DNA of 32,000 nt from an uncultured Bacilli bacterium (GCA_947632415.1 CANRPB010000003.1:1-32000); one strand, 5' to 3'. Shown: positions 10,708 through 18,765, counted from the first letter of the stretch. Numbers and translations are program-made. The notes: generated by a model from the sequence alone, not told the origin.

Positions 10708-10832
10708 ATAAATTTAAAGGTCAAATTCACTGTCTTTGAATGTAGACAGCTTAGCCATGCTTAACTAAGTGAAATAAGAGGACTGCCCGACTCCCTAGTA
10801 CAGATAATATGGAACGGGAGTTACTTCTCTAG
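10604..10832 (+). ncRNA. DGR template RNA (TR plus TR-RT spacer)
   Basis: Inferred from DGR architecture: TR followed by a 125-nt spacer immediately upstream of the RT gene. Transcript ends are not determinable from the sequence. Confidence 0.45.
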
Positions 10833-11906
10833 ATGAAAACGTATTGTAAAAATATTGACATCACAAGCTATAAACATTTAAATGATAGCTTCGATAAATT
10901 TATAGAAAAAGGATACCGCCGTAAAGGTATCAAACGTTTTTTAAAGAGGGGCAGAAAAAATATTATAAATTCTGCTAGACAGATGCTTTTAAACCATAAT
11001 TTAATTCTTAATGAAATAAATTATTTTTATAGAACTGAACCTACAACTTTAAAAACTCGTCTTATTGCACGTGAAAGTGCAATGCAACAATACTTTGATT
11101 ATATTGCAGTTGTTGCATTAAAACCTATGTTCGATGCAAAAATTGGATATCATCAATGCGCATCTATTAAAGGCAAAGGCCAAGCACATGCACAACGATA
11201 TTTAAAAAGATGGGTACGGGATTTAAATAATAAATATTATGTTAAATTAGATATACGTAAATTTTATGAATCAGTTGATACTGCAATTTTAATGTCAATG
11301 TTAGAGAAAGACGTTAAAAATAAAGATTTGTTGTGGTTAATAGAAACATTAATTAGTACGTATAAAAAAGGTTTAAATATAGGTTCTTTTCTTAGCCAAT
11401 ATTTAGCTAATTATTATTTATCAGAAGCTTATCGGTATGCAAATAATTTATATAGATATAAAAGAGATAAACGAGTTAAATTAGCTAAACATATTTTAGT
11501 TTATATGGATGATTGGATTTTTATAGGTAGTAATAAAACTAATATAAAAAATGCAGTAAAACAAACAATTAATTTTATTGAGCAACAATTAAAATTAGAA
11601 GTAAAACCTTGGAAAATATGCCAAATAGATTCTGAACCAATAGATATGGTTGGATGGGTATTTAGACGTCAACGTACTTCGATAAGAGATACAATTTTTT
11701 TAAGAGCACGTAGAGCTTTTAAGAGAGCTGCCCGCAAACAATTTATTAATCCGCATGCAGCCGCACGTTGTATTTCATATTGGGGTTTCTTTAAATGGGC
11801 AGATAATGACTTGTTTGAACAAAATAACAATTTAAAAAAAATATTAAATGATTGTAAAAATAGTATATCACTATCTGCTATAGAAAAAAATCTTAACGTA
11901 ATCTAA
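10833..11906 (+). CDS. DGR reverse transcriptase
   Basis: 357 aa. YMDD catalytic box (ILVYMDDWIFIG) and the DGR-type IGSFLSQYLANYYL motif (SQ..AN). Adjacent to the TR/VR pair. Confidence 0.9.
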   Translation: MKTYCKNIDITSYKHLNDSFDKFIEKGYRRKGIKRFLKRGRKNIINSARQMLLNHNLILNEINYFYRTEPTTLKTRLIARESAMQQYFDYIAVVALKPMFDAKIGYHQCASIKGKGQAHAQRYLKRWVRDLNNKYYVKLDIRKFYESVDTAILMSMLEKDVKNKDLLWLIETLISTYKKGLNIGSFLSQYLANYYLSEAYRYANNLYRYKRDKRVKLAKHILVYMDDWIFIGSNKTNIKNAVKQTINFIEQQLKLEVKPWKICQIDSEPIDMVGWVFRRQRTSIRDTIFLRARRAFKRAARKQFINPHAAARCISYWGFFKWADNDLFEQNNNLKKILNDCKNSISLSAIEKNLNVI

Positions 11907-11941
11907 TAATGAGTAGAGATAAAAGGAGGTTTAACTTAGAT

Positions 11942-13309
11942 ATGGCGAAGGGTAATCCTAATGACGAATCTATGAAATTAAATTTCATACCTAAAGTCTG
12001 GGATGATGAAGCAAAAGAATTTAAACCATTCTATATTGCTCCTGACTCTACTGATAAAGTTCGTGGGGACGTTTATTTATCTGATGATTTTAGTGAAAGC
12101 GATGCGGCAACTGGTGTAACAGCTGCTACTCCTAAATTATTGTCTACATTACGGGATGCTTATATTGATTCTGCGACCGAATCCGCGGAAGCTGCTAAAA
12201 CTGCGGCTGAAGCTGCTCAGGCCGCCGCAGAATCTGCAAAAAATATCGCGGATAATTCAATTCAAAAAAATGACCCTAGCGATCAAAAAATACAAGGTAG
12301 TATTATACCGACTGCCCCAGGGACTCAAAGTTTAGGAACCGAAGAGTTTCCTTGGGGCGATATATATGGTACATTAAAAGGAAATGCGGATAGTGCTACT
12401 GAAGCAGAACATGCTAAATCTGCGGATAAAGCTACGACTGCTGAGAAAGCAACAACAGCTGATACTGCCACTAAACTAGGCGCAGCTACTATAGGTGGAG
12501 TCGCACAAGGTATATATCTTAATCTTGGGGTTCCAACTGCGAAAAATGCTAATATAGGATCTGCATATTTACCTAGTTATTTAAAAGGCGGGATAGATAC
12601 TGTTTGTACTTCGCCTTCACTTTTGGTAAATTTAGGTGTGGGAACTGCTGCTAATATTTTTGCGCAAGATCCTAGACCTGGAGTTACTGGTGTTTTACCT
12701 ATAGCTAATGGTGGTACTGGTAAAACTGATGCAGCAGGAGCTCGTACTGCTTTAGGTTTAGGCAGTTTAGCTACGTATAATTTACCTACTGGAATTCCAG
12801 AAACTATAAATAACTTATTCATAAATGGAGCAGGACAATGGGTAGAAGTAAAAGGTGGGGGTATTGGAGGAGATATTCTTGCTGGAGAAAAATTGTCTAC
12901 TAATTCTGCTAATAGTTTAGCTACAGATAACTCAGCTTCTTCGGGAAAAGCAATAACTATTCCTTCTAAGGATAATAAAGAACTTATAAGAAAAACGTTT
13001 GAAGTTCCTTTCGGAAGTTATTCTATTATAGTAAGAGCAAAAGTCACTGCTAATACTAGTACTAGTACTATTTTTCAAATTATTGCTTATGCTGGTACAA
13101 CTTTGTTAAAATCAGTAGACATAAAGCCTAATTATTTTCTTGCTGCTAATACTTGGCGTCCTATTGGAATAGGTGTTGATTTTGCGGCAACAGCAGCATG
13201 TAATTTAGTTATAGTTATAAAATCTGTAGGACTAACTGAGAACATTACAGCTTATATAGATAGTTTAACTGTTATGCTTGCTCCAGTTGCAATTAATATG
13301 ATAGGATAG
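11942..13309 (+). CDS. tail fibre protein, paralogue B
   Basis: ATG 11942 sits behind aaaaggagg (11921-11929). The ORF-track start at 11909 lacks an RBS. The N-terminus MAKGNPNDES..YIAPDSTDKVRGDVYLSD..TGVTAATPKLL is paralogous to 7884..8897. Ala/Glu coiled-coil stretch and an IANGGTGKTDAAGARTALGLGSLATYN fibre motif. Confidence 0.75.
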   Translation: MAKGNPNDESMKLNFIPKVWDDEAKEFKPFYIAPDSTDKVRGDVYLSDDFSESDAATGVTAATPKLLSTLRDAYIDSATESAEAAKTAAEAAQAAAESAKNIADNSIQKNDPSDQKIQGSIIPTAPGTQSLGTEEFPWGDIYGTLKGNADSATEAEHAKSADKATTAEKATTADTATKLGAATIGGVAQGIYLNLGVPTAKNANIGSAYLPSYLKGGIDTVCTSPSLLVNLGVGTAANIFAQDPRPGVTGVLPIANGGTGKTDAAGARTALGLGSLATYNLPTGIPETINNLFINGAGQWVEVKGGGIGGDILAGEKLSTNSANSLATDNSASSGKAITIPSKDNKELIRKTFEVPFGSYSIIVRAKVTANTSTSTIFQIIAYAGTTLLKSVDIKPNYFLAANTWRPIGIGVDFAATAACNLVIVIKSVGLTENITAYIDSLTVMLAPVAINMIG

Positions 13310-13313
13310 CATT

Positions 13314-14642
13314 ATGGATAATTATATTAGAAAAGAGGACGTAGCTGAATTAAAAGCTAGATTAGTAGCTGTATATGATAAAAGAGATGGATGGGGTTCA
13401 TCTGAAGTTATTAAGCATAAATTACTTAATAATAGTGCGAATATTACAAAAGATGGATATATTATTGGTGAAGATTATGCAGCACTTGATAATGCTATTT
13501 TAGATTTTAATGATGCTTTTGTTAATAATGTAATATACACTAATACTATACAATCTGTATATCCTGCAAGAGAAGTACAAGAAAATATAGCAATTTCAAA
13601 ATTAGAAAAACATTCTGAAAGTGACCACGGCTGTCGCGGAGCTTGTATAGGTCTTTGTACTGGTACTTGCGATAATACTGTAGCTGGCAAAACAACTTCT
13701 AGTTCAGGTTGCAGTAGTTGTGAGGGTGGATGCTATAATACTTGTGAAAGCGCTTGCGGGAGTAATTGTATAAATGGCTGTACTGGTAGTTCTGGCTCAC
13801 AAGGTAGTAATGGCTGTTCTGGATGTTCAGGTGGATGTTCAGCATGTACTGGCGGTTGTAGTTCTGGCTGCGGGTCTGGATGTACCAATGGATGTATCGG
13901 TTGCTCAGGTGGATGTCAAGGATGTTCATACTGTACTGCGTCCTGTCAAAGTAACTGTACTGGTACTTGTTATAACTCTTGTACTTCACAATGTGGGCAA
14001 AGTTGTTCTGGGGATTGTAACGCGCAATGTACTAATTGTTTTAATATGTGCAGTGGGTGTACTGGTACATGCGATGGATCATGTAGAACTGGTAGCGGAA
14101 GTAGTTGTGGCTCAGGATCTACAAACTGTACTTCAAATTGCGGATCTTGTCGATCTTGTGTAACTGTGTGTGGAAGTGGCTGTAGTGGTAGGTGTACGGG
14201 TTGTTCAAATACGTGTACCCAGACATGTTCTGAGGGAAGTGCCGGAATAGCAGGCGGTTGTGCACTCTGTGCAGGTGGTTGTAAGTCTGGCTGTGGTAAT
14301 GGATGCACAGGAGGTTGTGGTTCTGGTTGCTCAACAGGTTGTACAGGTTATACTAGCTCTAGAGGAACTAGTGGTGGTTGTTCAAGCTGTTTAGGCGGAT
14401 GTTCAGCATGTACTGGTAGTTGTAGTTCTGGCTGCGGATCTGGGTGCACGGGGAGCTGTTCTCAAAATTGTGTTAATGAGTGTGGACAAACATGTGGGAC
14501 AGGATGTACTAATCAATGCAATAACGTATGTACTTCTTGTTCATTAGGATGCTATAGTGGTTGTAGTCAGTCATGTTCATCAAATTGTGATAGCACTTGT
14601 TTTTCAAATTGTTCAAATACCTGTTTTGGACAATCAAAATAA
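13314..14642 (+). CDS. cysteine-repeat (C-x3-C / C-x2-C) protein, putative radical SAM substrate
   Basis: 442 aa. The first ~105 aa are of ordinary composition. The next ~335 aa hold about 77 Cys (my count), spaced almost only C-x3-C or C-x2-C with G/S/T/N/Q between them, in blocks split by Cys-free G/S/T linkers. Starts 5 nt after the fibre-gene stop. Confidence 0.8.
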   Translation: MDNYIRKEDVAELKARLVAVYDKRDGWGSSEVIKHKLLNNSANITKDGYIIGEDYAALDNAILDFNDAFVNNVIYTNTIQSVYPAREVQENIAISKLEKHSESDHGCRGACIGLCTGTCDNTVAGKTTSSSGCSSCEGGCYNTCESACGSNCINGCTGSSGSQGSNGCSGCSGGCSACTGGCSSGCGSGCTNGCIGCSGGCQGCSYCTASCQSNCTGTCYNSCTSQCGQSCSGDCNAQCTNCFNMCSGCTGTCDGSCRTGSGSSCGSGSTNCTSNCGSCRSCVTVCGSGCSGRCTGCSNTCTQTCSEGSAGIAGGCALCAGGCKSGCGNGCTGGCGSGCSTGCTGYTSSRGTSGGCSSCLGGCSACTGSCSSGCGSGCTGSCSQNCVNECGQTCGTGCTNQCNNVCTSCSLGCYSGCSQSCSSNCDSTCFSNCSNTCFGQSK

Positions 14643-14666
14643 CATAAAGAGAAAAAAGGAGATCAA

Positions 14667-15002
14667 ATGAGAAAAATAATAGTTTCATGTCCACAAGATT
14701 TAGCTTTAGAATTAGAAAAAAATTATTATGAAATAACTGTTTTACAACAATTAATTGATAGGTACATTGACAATCATCCAGAAATTGAAGACATATTTGA
14801 AACTAAAATTGGATTTAATTTATTACAACGACTTACCGAAAAACAAACTAACTATGAAACATTAAAAAATATTTTAACTAAAAATGTTATTCCAGAATAT
14901 TTGCAAAATCATAGTCTTAATTGGTCATTAGATTTTTTAAATAATGAAGTAACAATTAATATTTTATGCGATTGCGAGATCCCAGAATGCCCAAAAGAAT
15001 AA
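14667..15002 (+). CDS. small partner protein of the Cys-repeat/radical SAM cassette
   Basis: 111-aa ORF behind aaaggag, between the Cys-repeat gene and the radical SAM gene. Its 3' end overlaps the latter. Function is inferred from position only. Confidence 0.55.
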   Translation: MRKIIVSCPQDLALELEKNYYEITVLQQLIDRYIDNHPEIEDIFETKIGFNLLQRLTEKQTNYETLKNILTKNVIPEYLQNHSLNWSLDFLNNEVTINILCDCEIPECPKE

Positions 15003-16315
15003 TAGAATTTGGAGATCAAATATCGCAACTTTATCCTTCTTTTAAACCAAAAACACCAGGTAGTATTGTTAAAAATATTACTCTATGTGTAACTAATGAT
15101 TGTCAATTAAGATGCACTTATTGTTATGAACATCATAAATCTAATCAATATATGGACTTTAATACTGGAAAAAAGTTTATAGATTTAATTCTTACTGGCG
15201 ACAAAGGAATGGATCAATATGTGTCAACAGAAGATTCTAAAGGTGTTATATTAGAATTTATTGGTGGAGAACCAATGCTAGCTGTTGATCTTATTGATAA
15301 ATTACTTGATTATTTTATAGAAAAAGCGTTAGAATTAAATCATCCTTGGGCTTATTGTTGGAGAGTATCAATTAGCTCTAATGGAGTAAATTATTTTGAA
15401 CCTAAAGTTCAACAATTTTTAAAGAAATGGGATCAAGTACTAGCCTATTCAATTTCATTAGATGGCAATAAAGAATTACATGATGCTTGTCGTCATTATG
15501 CGGGAACTACTATAGGATGCTATGATGAAGCTCACGCAGCCGCATTAGATTGGATGTCAAAAGGGCATTACCTTGGTTCTAAAATGACTTACTCTCCTGA
15601 TAATATCCCCTATATGTATGACGCAATGGTTGCAATGTTAGATGATGGTTACACTGAAATTGCATCAAACCCAGCTTTTGAACCTAAATATACTATAAAC
15701 GATGCTAAATTATATTACCAACAAGGGAAAAAAATAGCTGATGAAATTTTGCGTCGTAATCTTGATATGGATAATGAATATAGTATTACTTTATTTGATG
15801 ATGGTTTATTTGGCCCAATAGCAGAAGATGATATTCAAAACTGGTGCGGCGGTACTGGTTTAATGATTGCTTGTGACTATGACGGGCTTATCTATCCTTG
15901 TTTACGGTATATGTCTATGTCTCTTGGAGATGACCAACCTCCTCTTATTTTAGGTAATGTAGATGATGGTATTTTACAAACTAAAAAAGAGCGAGATACT
16001 CTAAAATGTTTGCAATGTATAACTCGTCGTACACAATCTACTGACGAATGTTTTTATTGCCCTATTGGACGAGGTTGTGCTTGGTGTTCTGCTTGGAATT
16101 ATCAGCTCTATGGGACTGCTGATAAAAGATGTACTAATATTTGTGTTTTACATAAGGCAAGAGCACTGTTTAACTATTATTTTTGGAATAAATACTATCG
16201 TAAAACACATCAAAATAAAAGAATGAAGATATTTATTCCAGAAGAATGGGCTTTAGAAATTATTTCTAAAGATGAATGGAATGAATTACTAGAGTTAGAA
16301 AGGGTTGATAGATGA
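14966..16315 (+). CDS. radical SAM / SPASM-domain peptide-modifying enzyme (maturase)
   Basis: CQLRCTYC (CxxxCxxC) and GGEPML SAM-binding motifs. The C-terminal Cys-rich auxiliary-cluster region (CGGTGLMIACDYDGLIYPC ... CLQC ... CFYCPIGRGCAWC) resembles a SPASM domain. The start may instead be ATG 14987. Confidence 0.85.
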   Translation: MRLRDPRMPKRIIEFGDQISQLYPSFKPKTPGSIVKNITLCVTNDCQLRCTYCYEHHKSNQYMDFNTGKKFIDLILTGDKGMDQYVSTEDSKGVILEFIGGEPMLAVDLIDKLLDYFIEKALELNHPWAYCWRVSISSNGVNYFEPKVQQFLKKWDQVLAYSISLDGNKELHDACRHYAGTTIGCYDEAHAAALDWMSKGHYLGSKMTYSPDNIPYMYDAMVAMLDDGYTEIASNPAFEPKYTINDAKLYYQQGKKIADEILRRNLDMDNEYSITLFDDGLFGPIAEDDIQNWCGGTGLMIACDYDGLIYPCLRYMSMSLGDDQPPLILGNVDDGILQTKKERDTLKCLQCITRRTQSTDECFYCPIGRGCAWCSAWNYQLYGTADKRCTNICVLHKARALFNYYFWNKYYRKTHQNKRMKIFIPEEWALEIISKDEWNELLELERVDR

Positions 16316-16638
16316 AAATTCAATTAGACGCTAATGAACCTTTTGAAGTAAATGGCGTTACTCAATCTTATAATAAAGATAGATTAAATAATCCTTATCA
16401 TCTTTATATTACTATTATGGATCAAGATAAACCTCTAAAAGATTATATCGAATTAGTAGAACATATATCTACTATTACAATTTTACCTGAAGATGGGGGT
16501 AAAAAAGTAAAATTTAATATCATTGCAACAGATGGAGAAAATCAAGGGGCTACTTATAGTAAAACGTTTGATGATAATAATCAAATAATTAATTTAACTT
16601 TTGTTATTGATCCCAAAGAGTTACCAGTGGAAGAATAA
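16312..16638 (+). CDS. hypothetical protein, translationally coupled to the radical SAM gene
   Basis: 108-aa ORF whose ATG overlaps the radical SAM stop (ATGA). No motif recognised. Confidence 0.5.
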   Translation: MKIQLDANEPFEVNGVTQSYNKDRLNNPYHLYITIMDQDKPLKDYIELVEHISTITILPEDGGKKVKFNIIATDGENQGATYSKTFDDNNQIINLTFVIDPKELPVEE

Positions 16639-16733
16639 TAAGATATAAATAAAAATATAATCTTAATAATTATAGTACTACAATTCAATGCACTCTTGGC
16701 ATTAAATTAATAGAAAATTAAAAGGAGATAAAA

Positions 16734-17079
16734 ATGAAACTTCTTGATTCAACGGGGGGGGCATTTAGTCTCTAAAATAAAAAGTTGGGTTAATTCTAGA
16801 TTAAATTTATTAGCTTGTAGACAATTGCATATTGCTCCTAACAATGATTATTCTGCTCAATTTGTAGTATATTATGCAAAAGAAGGGTACAGTACATATA
16901 AGCATGATTGTTTAATATTGACCCCTAGCTGGACAAAAAATAATATATTGCAATTAACATTTTCTCGTAGAGATGGTGGAGGCTATACTGCTGCATGGAA
17001 ATTGTCTATAGACGAAAATGGTTTTGTCAAAGGAACATATTATGATGATCCCAGCACTCCAGTATTACCAGAAAAATAA
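16734..17079 (+). CDS. polyG cassette 1 (conserved MKLLD..GG N-terminus, unique C-terminal domain), out of frame at G8
   Basis: aaggag, 6-nt spacer, then ATG 16734 gives MKLLDSTGGAFSL-stop. The long ORF (16744..17079) is in the +1 frame after the G8 tract and contains no in-frame ATG. G7 or G10 would fuse the two frames. Confidence 0.6.
16754..16761 (+). repeat. G8 homopolymer in the 5' coding end of cassette 1
   Basis: Read directly: aacGGGGGGGGcat. Confidence 0.95.
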
Positions 17080-17095
17080 GTATAGGAGGATATAT

Positions 17096-17630
17096 ATGAA
17101 ACTTTTAGATGGGGGGGGCTCGGCATATAATAAATGCTTTTACCTCTCATTTTGATGCAGGTGTCTTTAAAATCGGTAAAGAAAGCAAGATAGATGATTG
17201 TTATTTCCCAGAACGCGGATGCATGATCGCTAATGTAAAATTTCATCATGAGTTTGAGGCTCCTCCTTTTGTTTTCATACAGTCTGTTCACGGCTTTGGC
17301 GCAGGATCGAACGTGTCTACCGAGATGCCTGACTATATTACCTCTAAAGGAGAGGTCTTGCACCCTGGAGAGTTGCAATCTAATACTTTTGCTAATAACA
17401 GAGCAGCTAAACAGATGTTAGCCAACTTTATGTGCACTGTGTCAGATCATCCCGCTAAAGATGGATTTAGAGCGTATTTAAGTATGGATGATATTACATG
17501 GAGTCAGATGACTACGTTAGATGACCCTCCGCAAGAAGTCCATGGGACGTGGGGTTTGGGCTTTTCTTGGTTTGCTTTCTTACCATTTGATAAAGATTTA
17601 GCCAACATTTCAGTTTATTCTTATAAATAA
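17096..17630 (+). CDS. polyG cassette 2 (conserved N-terminus, unique C-terminal domain), out of frame at G8
   Basis: aggagg, 6-nt spacer, then ATG 17096 gives MKLLDGGGSAYNKCFYLSF-stop. The long ORF (17109..17630) is +1 relative to it. G7 gives MKLLDGGARHIINAF. ATG 17109 abuts the tract and could allow weak initiation of a form lacking the N-terminus. Confidence 0.6.
17111..17118 (+). repeat. G8 homopolymer in the 5' coding end of cassette 2
   Basis: Read directly: gatGGGGGGGGctc. Confidence 0.95.
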
Positions 17631-17646
17631 TAACTAAGGAGAAAAA

Positions 17647-18060
17647 ATGACAAAGCTATTAGATCAGGGGGGGGCAACTTATTTAATAAATAAGTTTAAT
17701 AGTTCTGGTTTACAAGAATATCAAAAGAATAAAATACATCCGTTAGATAAATTTCTTCGTAAAGCAACAAATTATACAACTTTAGATACTATAGGGAGCA
17801 ATGCTAATACTCTATATTATAACTCTAATGTATGGGGTCAAGCAGATGGCAAAAAATATATTGGTATTCCTTCATCTGTAAGAGGTCGTTTTCATTTATT
17901 AACTTTTAATAGTGGTAATAGTGGCAATGCTTTGCAAAATATATTTCAAATATTAATTTGTCTTGATCCTCCTAAAGGGTTATTCTTTAGACAAAGTTGG
18001 GATAGATGGGAAAGTTGGTATCAAGTTCCTATAACAGAAGTAACTGATGTAATAAAATAA
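17647..18060 (+). CDS. polyG cassette 3 (conserved N-terminus, unique C-terminal domain), in frame at G8
   Basis: taaggag, 5-nt spacer, then ATG 17647. MTKLLDQGGATYLINKF reads through the G8 tract in frame for 137 aa. Confidence 0.7.
   Translation: MTKLLDQGGATYLINKFNSSGLQEYQKNKIHPLDKFLRKATNYTTLDTIGSNANTLYYNSNVWGQADGKKYIGIPSSVRGRFHLLTFNSGNSGNALQNIFQILICLDPPKGLFFRQSWDRWESWYQVPITEVTDVIK
17667..17674 (+). repeat. G8 homopolymer in the 5' coding end of cassette 3
   Basis: Read directly: cagGGGGGGGGcaa. Confidence 0.95.
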
Positions 18061-18063
18061 AAA

Positions 18064-18102
<39 letters not shown>

Positions 18103-18228
18103 TAGAGCATATAACAAACCATTTTTTCTGTAACAAAAACTTCAATTTTACCAAACATCATAATTAGCTTTTTGCATTAACAATAATTTGCAAAATGACA
18201 ATTATAAAATTTTTCAAAGGAGGGGTAT

Positions 18229-18765
18229 TTGGATTCTTTAACAAATTTATTGCAGCAATACTCCTTTGAAAGTATTTTTATTTTTATAATATTACTTGTT
18301 GTTGCTTTTAAATTTATTAGTGAAGCATTTGAATGGTTATGGGGAAAGATTAGAAAAGTGTCTAATAAACAATATAAGGAAGAGCACTTTGACGAAAAAT
18401 TCTCTAAGTTAGAAAAAAATATAAATAATCACTTTCAAAATTCTGACCAAAAGATGGTCGAATTAGAAGAAAGACTTAATTTACAATTTAATGAGTCTAA
18501 ACTAAGAATCCAGGATATTGATAATAGATTAATTGTTATGGAAGAACGTCAACAAGAAGCAACACGTTCTTATTTAATAGAATCATATCATAAATTCTGC
18601 AAAGAACTAAAAATAATAGATGAATTAAGTCTACAAGAAATAGAACGCCGTTATTTGTATTATAAAACAGCGGGTGGAGATGGTTTTATAGATAATTTAA
18701 TGGAAGAAATTAGAAATTTACCTTTAGCACCACTCGCAAATCAAAAGGAGGAGAATAATGATTAA
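18229..18765 (+). CDS. membrane-anchored coiled-coil protein
   Basis: TTG start behind aaaggagggg. N-terminal hydrophobic helix (IFIFIILLVVAFKFI) followed by a charged heptad-like region. Confidence 0.5.
   Translation: MDSLTNLLQQYSFESIFIFIILLVVAFKFISEAFEWLWGKIRKVSNKQYKEEHFDEKFSKLEKNINNHFQNSDQKMVELEERLNLQFNESKLRIQDIDNRLIVMEERQQEATRSYLIESYHKFCKELKIIDELSLQEIERRYLYYKTAGGDGFIDNLMEEIRNLPLAPLANQKEENND

Noticed and set aside
10352-10764. Four ORF-track entries over the VR-TR region (10352..10561 +, 10452..10730 -, 10473..10706 +, 10555..10764 +), including one that would encode the TR as protein
   Set aside because: They lie in the G+C-rich DGR repeat region, where stop codons are rare in every frame. 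They have no RBS. TR is expected to be a non-coding template. None resembles the helical, basic Avd protein.
13475-14694. Multiple overlapping ORFs on both strands within the Cys-repeat gene (13475..13690 -, 13699..13989 -, 13774..14163 +, 13970..14308 -, 14119..14334 -, 14509..14694 -)
   Set aside because: They are artefacts of the repetitive TGY/GGN/AGY codon composition, which keeps several frames open. Only the 13314 frame starts right after the upstream stop, has a normal N-terminal domain and is followed by a cognate maturase.
17040-17378. 112-aa minus-strand ORF over the junction of polyG cassettes 1 and 2
   Set aside because: It is antisense to two RBS-led plus-strand genes in a block that is otherwise entirely plus-strand. 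No RBS or motif.
18121-18228. Sigma-70-type promoter for the lysis block downstream of the (TA)16 tract
   Set aside because: Candidate hexamers (ttgcat, ttgcaa, tataaa) do not fall at 16-18 nt spacing, so I could not support a call.
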